In this document: positions 39,894-49,253 of the stretch, piece after piece
Numbering within the stretch: the stretch's first letter is position 1
Layout of the letters: every line of letters starts with the position of its first letter
NCBI GenBank assembly: GCA_965213685.1
Contig: CBDBZY010000003.1
Span: 160,001-224,000, forward strand
Reading direction: 5' to 3'
Length of the DNA: 64,000 bases
Origin: a bacterium
GTDB lineage: Bacteria; UBA8248
Position numbers and translations under genes: made by a program
Notes under the pieces: model-generated
What the model was told of the DNA's origin: nothing
The model's input: the letters and a program-made list of their open reading frames with translations, nothing else
Databases searched by the model: none

Positions 39894-40760
39894 GTGATTT
39901 ACGCCCAAATCCTGATCAACAGCGTTCTTCTGGGCGGCATCTACGCCTGCATCGCCGTCGGCTTCTCGCTCGTCTGGGGCGTGATGAACATCCTCAACGT
40001 TCTGCACGGCACGTTTCTGATGCTGGGCGGCTACGTCACGTTCTGGATGTTTCGGCTCTATGGCGTGGATCCGTTTCTGTCCCTGCCGGTGTCCGCCGTC
40101 GCGATGTTCTGCGTCGGCTACGCCGTGCAGCGCGGACTGATCAACAAAATCGTGCGCGCCCCCATGTTCATGTCCCTGATTCTCACCTTTGGCCTGCAGC
40201 TGATCGTCGTGCGGCTGGCGATATTCTTCTTCACTGGCGACTTCCGGTCCGTGCAGCCCCCCTATTCGAGTTTCTCCATCTCGTTCTGGGGACTCGTGAT
40301 TCCGTTCGTGCGCGTCTCCATATTCGTGCTCGGCGTCATCCTCACCGCCATCCTCTTCTGGTTCATGGTGCGAACGCGCACGGGCCGGGCCATCCGGGCG
40401 ACGCGGATGGACCTGGACTCCGCCCAGCTCATGGGCGTCGACATCGGGAAGATATACGCCGTCACATACGGGATCGGGGCGGCCGTCGCCGCCACGTCCG
40501 GCTCCCTCGTCAGCGTGGGCTTCGCCATCTCGCCGGTGAGCGACGTGGAGTTTCTCTCGAAATCCTTCATCATCTGCACCATCGGGGGGCTGGGGAACAT
40601 CACGGGAGCACTCGCGGGGGGTCTCATCCTGGGTCTCGCCGAGAACTTCGGCGCCTTGTATCTCGGCCCCGGGCTGCAAAACGCCATCGGTTACGTGCTG
40701 CTGATTCTGGTCCTCTTCATCCGGCCCTCGGGGCTGATGGGCAGAAAGGGTTTCGAGTAG
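39894..40760 (+). CDS. Branched-chain amino acid-type ABC permease (LivH-like)
   Basis: GFSLVWGVMNILN, GRAIRA, GGLGN. Confidence 0.9.
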   Translation: MIYAQILINSVLLGGIYACIAVGFSLVWGVMNILNVLHGTFLMLGGYVTFWMFRLYGVDPFLSLPVSAVAMFCVGYAVQRGLINKIVRAPMFMSLILTFGLQLIVVRLAIFFFTGDFRSVQPPYSSFSISFWGLVIPFVRVSIFVLGVILTAILFWFMVRTRTGRAIRATRMDLDSAQLMGVDIGKIYAVTYGIGAAVAATSGSLVSVGFAISPVSDVEFLSKSFIICTIGGLGNITGALAGGLILGLAENFGALYLGPGLQNAIGYVLLILVLFIRPSGLMGRKGFE

Positions 40761-40761
40761 C

Positions 40762-41745
40762 ATGTTCAGACCCTGGTCCAGCGTCCAATGGCTCGGCATG
40801 GCGGCGGTGGCCCTCGCCCTCGCGCTCCTGCCCTCCTTCGTGGAAAACGACGAGATTCGCAAGTGGATGGACATCCTGATGGTGGCGATACTGGCCACGA
40901 GCTGGAATTTCATCGGCGGCCTGACGGGCTACCCCTCCTTCGCGCCCGCCGCCTTTTTCGGGCTGGGCGCCTACACGACGGCCATCCTGATGAACGCGGG
41001 CTTCGATTTTTTCCTGACCCTGGGCGCCGGCGCCTGCCTGGGCGCTCTCGTGGCGCTCATCCTGGGCGTCCCCATATTGAGGCTGCGCGGCCACTACTTC
41101 GCCATCGCCACCTTCGGCGTGGCGGAGTTTTTCCGGGAGCTGGCGGACAACCTGCGCATTACCGGCGGGGGGGATGGCATCAATCTCCCCCAGATTACGG
41201 GGGGGCCGGATTATTTTACGCGCTTTTTTTATTTCTCCATGCTCGGCGTGGCCGTGCTCGCGTTCCTGACGCAGTATTTCGTCACCCGTCACCGCCTGGG
41301 CTACGGGCTCGTCGCCATTCGCGAGAACGAGGACGCAGCCGCCATGACGGGGGTGAACACGACGAAATACAAGATCATCGCCTTCGTGCTCTCCGCCATT
41401 TTCCCCGCGATGGGCGGCGGCGTGTACGCCTACCGCGCCGCGTTTCTCGAGCCTGTCGACGTTTTTGACATCATGTTTTCCATCAAGGCGATCATCATGT
41501 CGATGCTCGGCGGCGTGGGCACGGTGATGGGGCCGATCGTGGGTGCGTTGACGATGGAATTTCTCGCGGACTACCTCTGGGGGGCGTTCACGGAATTCCA
41601 CAGCGTGTTCCTCGGAGTTATCATCGTGCTGGTCGTATTGTTCCTCCCGCGCGGACTGATGCCCCTCTCGCAGGAGATAAGAAGGCGCGGATGGGGGTCC
41701 CTGGGACTGACCCTCAAGAGCAACATACAGAGGTTTCGGGTGTGA
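40762..41745 (+). CDS. Branched-chain amino acid-type ABC permease (LivM-like)
   Basis: GLTGYPSF, LRLRGHYFAIAT, AIRENEDAA, GGVGT, PRGL. Confidence 0.9.
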   Translation: MFRPWSSVQWLGMAAVALALALLPSFVENDEIRKWMDILMVAILATSWNFIGGLTGYPSFAPAAFFGLGAYTTAILMNAGFDFFLTLGAGACLGALVALILGVPILRLRGHYFAIATFGVAEFFRELADNLRITGGGDGINLPQITGGPDYFTRFFYFSMLGVAVLAFLTQYFVTRHRLGYGLVAIRENEDAAAMTGVNTTKYKIIAFVLSAIFPAMGGGVYAYRAAFLEPVDVFDIMFSIKAIIMSMLGGVGTVMGPIVGALTMEFLADYLWGAFTEFHSVFLGVIIVLVVLFLPRGLMPLSQEIRRRGWGSLGLTLKSNIQRFRV

Positions 41746-42510
41746 GCCAGACGCTTTTGGAGGGCAGGCGCGTCACGAAGCGCTTCGGCGGGCTCACCGC
41801 CGTCTCGGCGGTGGATTTCACCGTCCGGAAGGGGGAGATACTGGGCGTCATCGGCCCGAACGGCGCGGGCAAGACGACGCTCCTCAACTGCATCACGGGG
41901 CTGGACCCGCCCGACGGGGGCGAAATCCTGTTTCGCGGCGAGCGCATCGAGACCCTCAAGCCCCATGCGATCACGAGAAAAGGGGTGGCGCGGACGTTTC
42001 AGATCGTCCAGCCCTTCTCGGGCCTCGCCGTGCGCGACAACGTCGCCATGGGCGCGTTGTTCGGCTCCCGGAAGTCGAGAAAGGAGGTGAGGCGCGCGCA
42101 GGGTCTCGCGGATGAGATGCTGGCGTTCGTCGGGCTGAGCGACAAGGCCGCCCAGCTCGCCTCCCAGCTCACGCTCGCCGAGCGCAAGCGCCTGGAGTTC
42201 GCCAAGTCGCTCGCCACGGAGCCGGAGGTGCTGCTCCTCGACGAGGTGAACGCCGGCCTGAACACGAGGGAAATCCAAAACGCCATCTCCCTCATCCACA
42301 AGGTGCGGGAGCAGGGCGTGACCATTCTGGTGATCGAGCATCTGATGAAGGTGATCACGGATCTGTCGGATCGCGTCATCGTCCTGCATCACGGGGAGAA
42401 GATAGCGGAGGGGGCCGCCGCGCGAGGTGACGAGCGACGCGCAGGTCATCAAGGCGTATCTGGGCGAGAAGTACGTGGCGATGATGGAGAAATGGAGAGA
42501 GGAATCCTGA
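41742..42510 (+). CDS. ABC ATP-binding protein (LivG-like), +1 frameshift at 42410-42414
   Basis: GPNGAGKTT, ARTFQ, LLLDE; removing one G restores IAEGPPREVTSDAQVIKAYLG...TGA at 42510. Confidence 0.87.
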
Positions 42511-42512
42511 CG

Positions 42513-43253
42513 GTGGCGACGCGCGAATCCGGCGCCGGGGCGAACCTTCTCGAGGTGCGCGGCCTGGCGGGCGGGTATGATGACGTTCAGGTGCTGTGGG
42601 GCGTCGACCTCAGCGTGCGGGAGGGGGAGATCGTCGCCATCGTGGGCAGCAACGGCGTCGGGAAATCCACCTTCCTGCGAATGCTCTCCGGCGTGCTCCC
42701 CCACCGGGCGGGCGCGATAACGCTGGCCGGCGAATCTCTCGAGGGCATGGCGCCGGAGGCCATCGTCGCCAGGGGCATCTCCCACGTGCCGGAGGGGCGC
42801 AGGCTCTTCGCCGCGATGAGCGTGGAGGAGAACCTTCTGATGGGCGCCTACGCCCGCGGCATGGCCGATTCGGAGCTGGCGGCGGATCTGGAGAGGGTGT
42901 ACGGCTTTTTCCCGCGGCTGGCGGAGCGAAAATCCCAGCTGGCGGGCAGCATGTCCGGCGGAGAGCAGCAGATGTGCGCGATCGCCCGGGGCTTGATGGC
43001 GCGCCCCCGCCTCCTGCTGATCGACGAGCTCTCCCTGGGCCTCGCTCCCCGGCTCGTGGAGGAGCTGTGCGGTTTCGTGCGGCAGATAAACGGGGAGGGC
43101 GTCGCCATCATCCTCGTGGAGCAGGACGTGCTCACCGCGTTTGAGCTCGCGGGGCGTGCCTATGTCTTCGAGACGGGCCGCGTGACGATTTCCGGGACTT
43201 CGGAGGCGCTGCTCGCGAACCCGGAGGTGAAAAGAGCCTATCTGGGCATGTAG
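42513..43253 (+). CDS. ABC ATP-binding protein (LivF-like)
   Basis: GSNGVGKST, VPEGRRLF, MSGGEQQM, KRAYLG. Confidence 0.9.
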   Translation: MATRESGAGANLLEVRGLAGGYDDVQVLWGVDLSVREGEIVAIVGSNGVGKSTFLRMLSGVLPHRAGAITLAGESLEGMAPEAIVARGISHVPEGRRLFAAMSVEENLLMGAYARGMADSELAADLERVYGFFPRLAERKSQLAGSMSGGEQQMCAIARGLMARPRLLLIDELSLGLAPRLVEELCGFVRQINGEGVAIILVEQDVLTAFELAGRAYVFETGRVTISGTSEALLANPEVKRAYLGM

Positions 43254-43379
43254 CCCGCCCGGGCATGCGGCCCGTTTTCCGCGCGGGATTCGCCGCCGGC
43301 TGGCCGGCGGACGTTGCAGGATGGAGGAATCGGGGACGATAAGGAGCAGCATTCAACCAGAGAGGGAGGTGAAAGGAAG

Positions 43380-44590
43380 ATGAGATATCGGGGATGGTTG
43401 TTCGTCGTCGCGGCGTTCTTGTTTTGCGCTTTCGGCGCGGCGGCGCCGGCGGGAGTGGGCGGCGCCCTAGCGGCGGAGGTCAAGTTTGGCGCCGCCTTGC
43501 CGCTCACCGGTCCGCTCGCCACGGAGGGGAAGAAGCAGCAGGCCGGCTATGAAATCTGGCGCGAGCGCGTGAACAAGGCGGGCGGCATCAACGTGGGCGG
43601 CAAGAAGATGAAGGTCCAGATCGTCTATTACGACTATGAGAGCAAGACGCCGACGGCCACCAAGCTCGCCGAGCGGCTCATCACCAAGGAGAAGGTGGAC
43701 CTGCTCCTTGGCCCGTTCGGCAGCGGGGCGACCAAGTCCGTCGCCGCGATCACGGAGCGCTACCAGGTGCCCCTGATCGCGCCCGTGGCGAGCTCCGAGC
43801 CGATATTCGACCAGGGCTACAAGTATCTGTTCGGGCTTCTGGCGCCGAACGCTTATTTGCCGAACAACTTTTTCACGCTCCTCAAGGCGCAGAAGCCCAT
43901 GCCCCGGACCATGGCGTTCGTGACGCGCAACGATTTCTTCCCCCGCGCCATCACGAGGATGCTCCGCAAGGCGGCGAAAAAGCACGGCTTCTCGGACGTC
44001 TACTACGCGGAGTTTCCGAAGGACTCGAAGGACATGTCCACCTGGCTCACGGTCGTGAAGGGGCAAAAACCCCGACGTGCTCATGGTGGCCGGTTATCTC
44101 CCGGACACCCTGCTCGCCACGAAGCAGGCGAACGAGCTGGGCGTGAAGCCCAGAATCCTGTTCACCATGGTGGGCCCGGTCTACGCCCAGTTCACGGAAT
44201 CGCTCGGCGGTGCGGCGAACAACATCCTGACCGCCGCCTGGTGGGGGCGAGGCGCTCGACTACAAGGGCGGGTTCATCGGCACGGCGCGGGATTTCGGGA
44301 AAATCTGGCGCGGCAAGTTCAACCAGGAGCCGGACTACGTCGCCGCCGCGTCGACCGCCGCGGGCATCGTCGCCCAGAAGGCGATCGAGGCGGCCGGCAC
44401 GCTCGACAAGAAGAAGGTCCGCGCGGCGATAGCGCAGAGCGACCTGCAAACCTTCTTTGGCCCCGTGAAATTCGACAAGCGCGGCATGAACGCGGCGAGC
44501 GCCATCGTCTTGTTCCAGGTGCAGGACGGCAAGCGCCGGACGGTGGGACCCAAGAGCGTGGCGAACGCGAAATTCCGGTATCCCAGGTAG
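43380..44590 (+). CDS. Liv-type ABC substrate-binding protein, two +1 frameshifts (about 44070 and 44245)
   Basis: Signal peptide, LPLTG, VNKAGGI, LLGPFGS; the final frame gives AIEAAGTLD...TFFGPVKFD...YPR-TAG. Confidence 0.85.
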
Positions 44591-44677
44591 CGCGCGGGAA
44601 GCGTTCCAGGTCGGGTTCGGGGAGCGCCGCGCGGGGCGTGCGCGGCGGCCTCCCGGGCCCGGGGAGGGGGGTGTTGT

Positions 44678-45482
44678 ATGCCGACGATTCGTCAGTTGCC
44701 CGATGATGCGGTGCCCGAGGCTGTGCGCGCGCTCGTCGAGCGCATCAAGGCGCGCGAGAAGCGCGTGTTCGGGATGGATGGGCTCTCGAACGTCTGGGCG
44801 CGCCATGGCCCGCCACCCCGGATACATGCAGGCGAACTGGGAGCGCTCGCGGGCCACGATGCAGCGCGGGGACGTGCCTCCCCTCGTGAAGGAGATGGTC
44901 GCCTCGGCGGTTTCGGTCGTCAATGCGTGCGGATACTGAATCGATTCCCACATCGCCGCGGTCATGCGGATGGGAATCGACGAGGCGGGGGTTACGGAGC
45001 TGATCGGGTTGACGGATCACGTGTCGGGGATGAACAAGGTCGCCTTCGGCCTCCTTCTGGACGAGGAGGACGGGCTCGCACCGCCCCTCCTGCCGGAGCC
45101 CGCCGATGCGGAGATCGACCCGGCCGTTCGGGAGACGATGGGCGAGGTACTGGAGGTGGAGTCGGCGCGCCTCGGCGGGGGCGGCGTTCCGCGCTATTGG
45201 CGCTGCCTCGCCCGAAACCGGCATTATTTCGAGTCGACGTGGAAAAAGCACAGGCTGATGCTCGACGGCGGCGTCCTCGAGAGAGGGGCCAAGGCGGCGG
45301 TGGGGCTGGGCGTGAGCGCCACGAACGGGTCAAGATATTGCATTCGCTACTTTCACGCCGCTCTGGTGCGCATGGGGTGGGACCCGGGGCGGGTGCTGGA
45401 GATTTTCGGGGTGGTGGACCACTACAACAGCTTCAACGTCCTGGCCACGGGGATGCAGATAGAATCTGACATCAGGCCGTGA
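44678..45482 (+). CDS. Two-domain AhpD/CMD-family protein, predicted selenoprotein (CxxU, TGA 44937-44939); +1 frameshift at 44796-44798; about 267 aa
   Basis: Removing one G gives NVWRAMARHP...KEMVASAVSVVNACGY-U-IDSHIAAVMRMG in frame with ORF 44964-45482; the second repeat has KAAVGLGVSATNGSRYC. Confidence 0.85.
44937..44980 (+). promoter_or_regulatory. Putative bacterial SECIS element
   Basis: TGA-A-TCGATTCCCA (pairs perfectly with TGGGAATCGA 44971-44980), upper stem CCGC/GCGG, apical loop GGTCAT 20 nt from the UGA. Confidence 0.8.
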
Positions 45483-45560
45483 TTTTCGGGGCGCGCAAAA
45501 GGAGCGCCAGGGAGGCCCGACAGCCGTCTCGGGCTGCATGGCGAGGGAAGGGACTGCGGC

Positions 45561-46418
45561 ATGGAATTGTTGCGCGCGAGGTCGATGGATGAGGCGTTGG
45601 AGGCGGCGCGGCGCGGCGCCGCTTTCGTGGCGGGCGGCACGAACCTGGTGCCCGACGTGCTCTTCGGGCGCAAGAAGATAGCCCGCGCGGTGGACATCAG
45701 CCGTCTGGACGCGCTTCGCTTCATCGAGGAGGCCGACGGGAAAATCAGAATCGGGGCGCTGGCGACGGTGTCGGATTTGCTGGCCTCGGAGCGGATACGC
45801 GCCGCCGCACCCCCCTTGTATGAGAGCGCCCTCGAGTTTGCGGGTCCCCTGGTGAGAAACCGCGCGAGCGTGGCCGGCAACCTGATGGACGCCTCGCCCG
45901 CCGCCGATCTGGCGCCGCCCCTGCTGGTGCAGGACGGCGTCGCCGAACTGGCCTCGGCCGAGGGGCGGCGCTCCCTGCCGCTGGCGGAATTGTTCCTGGA
46001 CTACCGGAAAACGGCCGTCCGGCCCGGCGAACTCATGACGGCCGTCGTCATTCGGCCGCTGGGTCCGGACGACCGCTGCGCCTACCACAAGCTCCAGCTC
46101 AGGCGGGCGATGGCGATATCCCTCCTGAGCGTGGCCGTCTGCCTTCGGATGCGGGAGGACGTTTGCGCGGAGGCCGCCATTGGCCTCGGGGCGGTGGCGG
46201 CGACCCCCTATCGCGCGCGCACCGCCGAGGCGCGGCTGCGCGGCGGGAAAATCGGGGAGGCGGAGGTGGAGGCCGCGGCGGCGGCGGCGGAGGAGGGCGC
46301 CCGGCCGATTGACGACGTGCGGGCGAGCGCCGCCTACCGGAGGAAAATGTGCGGCGTGCTGGTTCGCCGCCTGCTGCGCAAGGCGCTGGGGATGTCGGAG
46401 GTCGCGGCCGCGCGATGA
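45561..46418 (+). CDS. Xanthine dehydrogenase family FAD-binding subunit
   Basis: VAGGTNL, RNRASVAGNL, ASPAAD, PIDDVRASAAYR. Confidence 0.92.
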   Translation: MELLRARSMDEALEAARRGAAFVAGGTNLVPDVLFGRKKIARAVDISRLDALRFIEEADGKIRIGALATVSDLLASERIRAAAPPLYESALEFAGPLVRNRASVAGNLMDASPAADLAPPLLVQDGVAELASAEGRRSLPLAELFLDYRKTAVRPGELMTAVVIRPLGPDDRCAYHKLQLRRAMAISLLSVAVCLRMREDVCAEAAIGLGAVAATPYRARTAEARLRGGKIGEAEVEAAAAAAEEGARPIDDVRASAAYRRKMCGVLVRRLLRKALGMSEVAAAR

Positions 46419-46448
46419 GAATTCTGCGTTTGGGGCGGGGGGAGGCCG

Positions 46449-46931
46449 ATGGATACGCATGAGATAGCGTTGCGCGTGAACGGAAAGAGCGAAACCCTCA
46501 CGGTGCGGGGCGAGGAGACGCTCCTGCGCGCCCTCAGGCGCATCGGCTATCTGGAGGTGAAGCTCAGCTGCGAGGGTGGCGACTGCGGGGCGTGCGCCAT
46601 TTTGCTGGACGGCGTGGCGGTGAACGCCTGCCTCCTGTTCGCCGCGCAGGCGGATGGCGCCGACGTCCTCACCGTGCGCGGCATCGGCACGGAGGAGGAC
46701 CTGCACCCGATTCAGGAGCAAATCATCGAGAAAGGAGGCGTGCAGTGCGGCTTCTGCACGCCGGGGATCGTGGTGGCGGCCAAGGCGCTCTTGGACGAGA
46801 ACCCGGCGCCCGGCCACGAGGACATACGGCGCGGCCTGGCGGGCAACCTTTGCCGCTGCACCGGATACAAGAAGATTTTCGAGGCGGTGGCCGCCGCCGC
46901 CCGGCAGATGGGCGGAGGAGGGGACGCATGA
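46449..46931 (+). CDS. Xanthine dehydrogenase family (2Fe-2S) subunit
   Basis: CEGGDCGAC and QCGFCTPG...GNLCRCTGY. Confidence 0.94.
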   Translation: MDTHEIALRVNGKSETLTVRGEETLLRALRRIGYLEVKLSCEGGDCGACAILLDGVAVNACLLFAAQADGADVLTVRGIGTEEDLHPIQEQIIEKGGVQCGFCTPGIVVAAKALLDENPAPGHEDIRRGLAGNLCRCTGYKKIFEAVAAAARQMGGGGDA

Positions 46932-49198
46932 GCGCGCGCGTCGTTGGCCGGCCGAGTCCCATCATAGACGCGGCGGAGAAGGTGTCCGGCGCCACGACCT
47001 TCATCAATGATCTGGACCTTCCGGGCGCGCTGACCGGCATGGCACTGCGCAGCCCCCATCCCCACGCGCGGATATGCCGCATCGACACCTCCCGGGCGGA
47101 TCGGCTGCCGGGTCTCGCCGTCGTTCTTTCGAGGAACAACACGCCGAACGTCCCCTTCGGCATCAATCACAGGGACGAGACCGCGTTTTGCCGGGAGAAG
47201 GCGCGCTACGCGGGGGATGAGATAGCCGCCGTGGCGGCCGTGGACGAGGAGACGGCGCGCGAGGCGCTCTCGCTCATTCGCGTGGAGTATGAGGTTTTGC
47301 CCACGGTCGCGGACCCGCTCGAGGCGCAGGCGGCGGACGCGCCTCTCGTCCACGATGCGGTCGCCGGGAACGTCGCCAACGAGTTTCATATCCGGCGCGG
47401 CGGGATAGACGAGGCGTTTCGTGCGGCGGACGCCAGGTTCTCGGATGAGTTTGACACCCATCTGGCCCACCAGGCCTATATCGAGCCCACCGGTTGCGTC
47501 GCGCAGTGGCACCCGGACGGGAGAATGTCCGTCTGGGGCTGTCTGCAGTCGGCGTTCCTGATTCGCACGTTCATGCTTGCGCCCGTCATGGGCATGTCCG
47601 CCGACGATTTTCGCGTCATCCAGACCAAGCCGGGCGGCGCCTTCGGGGGAAAGCTCGACGTCAAGGCGGCTCTCATGGCGGCGATGCTGAGCCGGGCGGC
47701 GGAGCGGCCGGTAAAATTCATCATGAGCCTTGAAGAGGATTTGACCGCCATGCGTCCCCGGATGCCGGTGCGCATATCCCTGGAATCCGCCTGGATGCGC
47801 GATGGCGCCCTCGCGGGCAAGCGGGTCCGGATCGTGGCGGAAAACGGCGCTTACAGCTCCCTCTCCCCGGCCATCATGAGCTCCATCGCACTGCGGACGG
47901 ACAACCTCTACAAAACCCCCGCCGCCGAGATTCAGGGAAAGCTCGTCTACACGAACGTCATTCCCTCGGGCCAGATGCGGGGGTTCGGAAACGTGCAGGC
48001 GACCTACGCCTGGGAGAGCCACCTGGACAACGTGGCCGACGGCCTCGGGATGGACCCGGCCGATCTGCGTTTGAAGAATTACACCGAAAAGGGCGACGTC
48101 TCGCTCCACGGCTGGAGGATAGCGAGTTGTGCCGTGGCCGACGCCACGCGATACGTGGTGAAGGAGATCGACTGGAAGGCCAGGCGCGCCCGAGGGGGAA
48201 GGGGCCGCGGCGTGGGGCTGGCCAGCTGCATTCACGTGTCGGGGAACAAGGGTTTTTCAGTCGAGCTCGGGCCGGACGGCACCGACCCCTCGAGCGGCGT
48301 CGTCCGGGTGGACGCGAAAGGCGAGGTCGAGATTTGGTCGGGCGAGTCGGACCTGGGCCAGGGCGCCTCGAGCGTGATGGCCCACATCGCCTCGGAGGTG
48401 ATGGGCATTCCGGTCAGCCGGTTCCGGGTGCCGCCCACGGATACGGACTACATGCCGTTTGGCATGGGAGCGTTTGCGAGCCGGATCACCTTGATCGGGG
48501 GCAACGCCGTGAAGCGCGCCGCGGAGGATGCGCGCAAGAACCTGCTGGCGGCGGCGGCGGAGCGCATGGAAATTCCCGCGGAGGAACTCGACATTCTGGA
48601 TGGAGAAGTCCGCGCCAGGGCCCTCCCCGGGCGGAAGGTGCCGGTGAGCGAGGTCGTCCGGGGGGCGGGCGGCCTGATCGAGGGCCGGGGAAAATGGCTG
48701 GCCGGAGGAGACGTTCTCGACAAGGAGAAATACGGGAACCCCTCGACCACCTACTCGTTCAGCACCCATGCGGCGGAGGTGGAGGTGGACATGGAGACGG
48801 GGGTCGTCAACGTCGTGCGGATTTGCTGTGGCCACGACCCGGGCCGGGTGATTCACAGGCTGGGCGCCGAGGGGCAGGTCGAGGGCGGCGCGGTGCAGGG
48901 GATGAGCTACGCGATGATGGAGGCCCTCGCCCCGCAGGAGGGGCACTTGCGGGGGAGGAACTTTCACGACTATCTCATCGCCACCTCGATGGATGCGCCG
49001 CCGATCGCGCATGATTTTTTTGAGTCGATGGACCCCTACGGCCCCTATGGCGCCAAGGGGCTGGCCGAGGTGGCGATCAACCCGATCGCAGCGGCCATTT
49101 GCAACGCGATCTATCACGCGACGGGCGGCGCGCGAATCCGCAGTCTGCCCATCACCCCCGAGCGGGTGCTGGAGGCCATCGAGGAGGCGAGGCGGTGA
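46928..49198 (+). CDS. Xanthine dehydrogenase family molybdopterin-binding subunit
   Basis: LRSPHPHA, GGAFGGK, QMRGFG, DLGQG, FASR, GQVEGG, AKGLAE. Confidence 0.93.
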   Translation: MSARVVGRPSPIIDAAEKVSGATTFINDLDLPGALTGMALRSPHPHARICRIDTSRADRLPGLAVVLSRNNTPNVPFGINHRDETAFCREKARYAGDEIAAVAAVDEETAREALSLIRVEYEVLPTVADPLEAQAADAPLVHDAVAGNVANEFHIRRGGIDEAFRAADARFSDEFDTHLAHQAYIEPTGCVAQWHPDGRMSVWGCLQSAFLIRTFMLAPVMGMSADDFRVIQTKPGGAFGGKLDVKAALMAAMLSRAAERPVKFIMSLEEDLTAMRPRMPVRISLESAWMRDGALAGKRVRIVAENGAYSSLSPAIMSSIALRTDNLYKTPAAEIQGKLVYTNVIPSGQMRGFGNVQATYAWESHLDNVADGLGMDPADLRLKNYTEKGDVSLHGWRIASCAVADATRYVVKEIDWKARRARGGRGRGVGLASCIHVSGNKGFSVELGPDGTDPSSGVVRVDAKGEVEIWSGESDLGQGASSVMAHIASEVMGIPVSRFRVPPTDTDYMPFGMGAFASRITLIGGNAVKRAAEDARKNLLAAAAERMEIPAEELDILDGEVRARALPGRKVPVSEVVRGAGGLIEGRGKWLAGGDVLDKEKYGNPSTTYSFSTHAAEVEVDMETGVVNVVRICCGHDPGRVIHRLGAEGQVEGGAVQGMSYAMMEALAPQEGHLRGRNFHDYLIATSMDAPPIAHDFFESMDPYGPYGAKGLAEVAINPIAAAICNAIYHATGGARIRSLPITPERVLEAIEEARR

Positions 49199-49253
49199 GG
49201 GGCGCCCGGTCGCCGGCGTTCTCCTGCACGCCGGCGGAGTCTTGAGTCCCTCC

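Noticed and set aside
41691-43253. 520-aa fused double-ATPase ORF
   Set aside because: One extra G at 42410-42414; correcting it gives separate LivG-like and LivF-like genes with normal termini.
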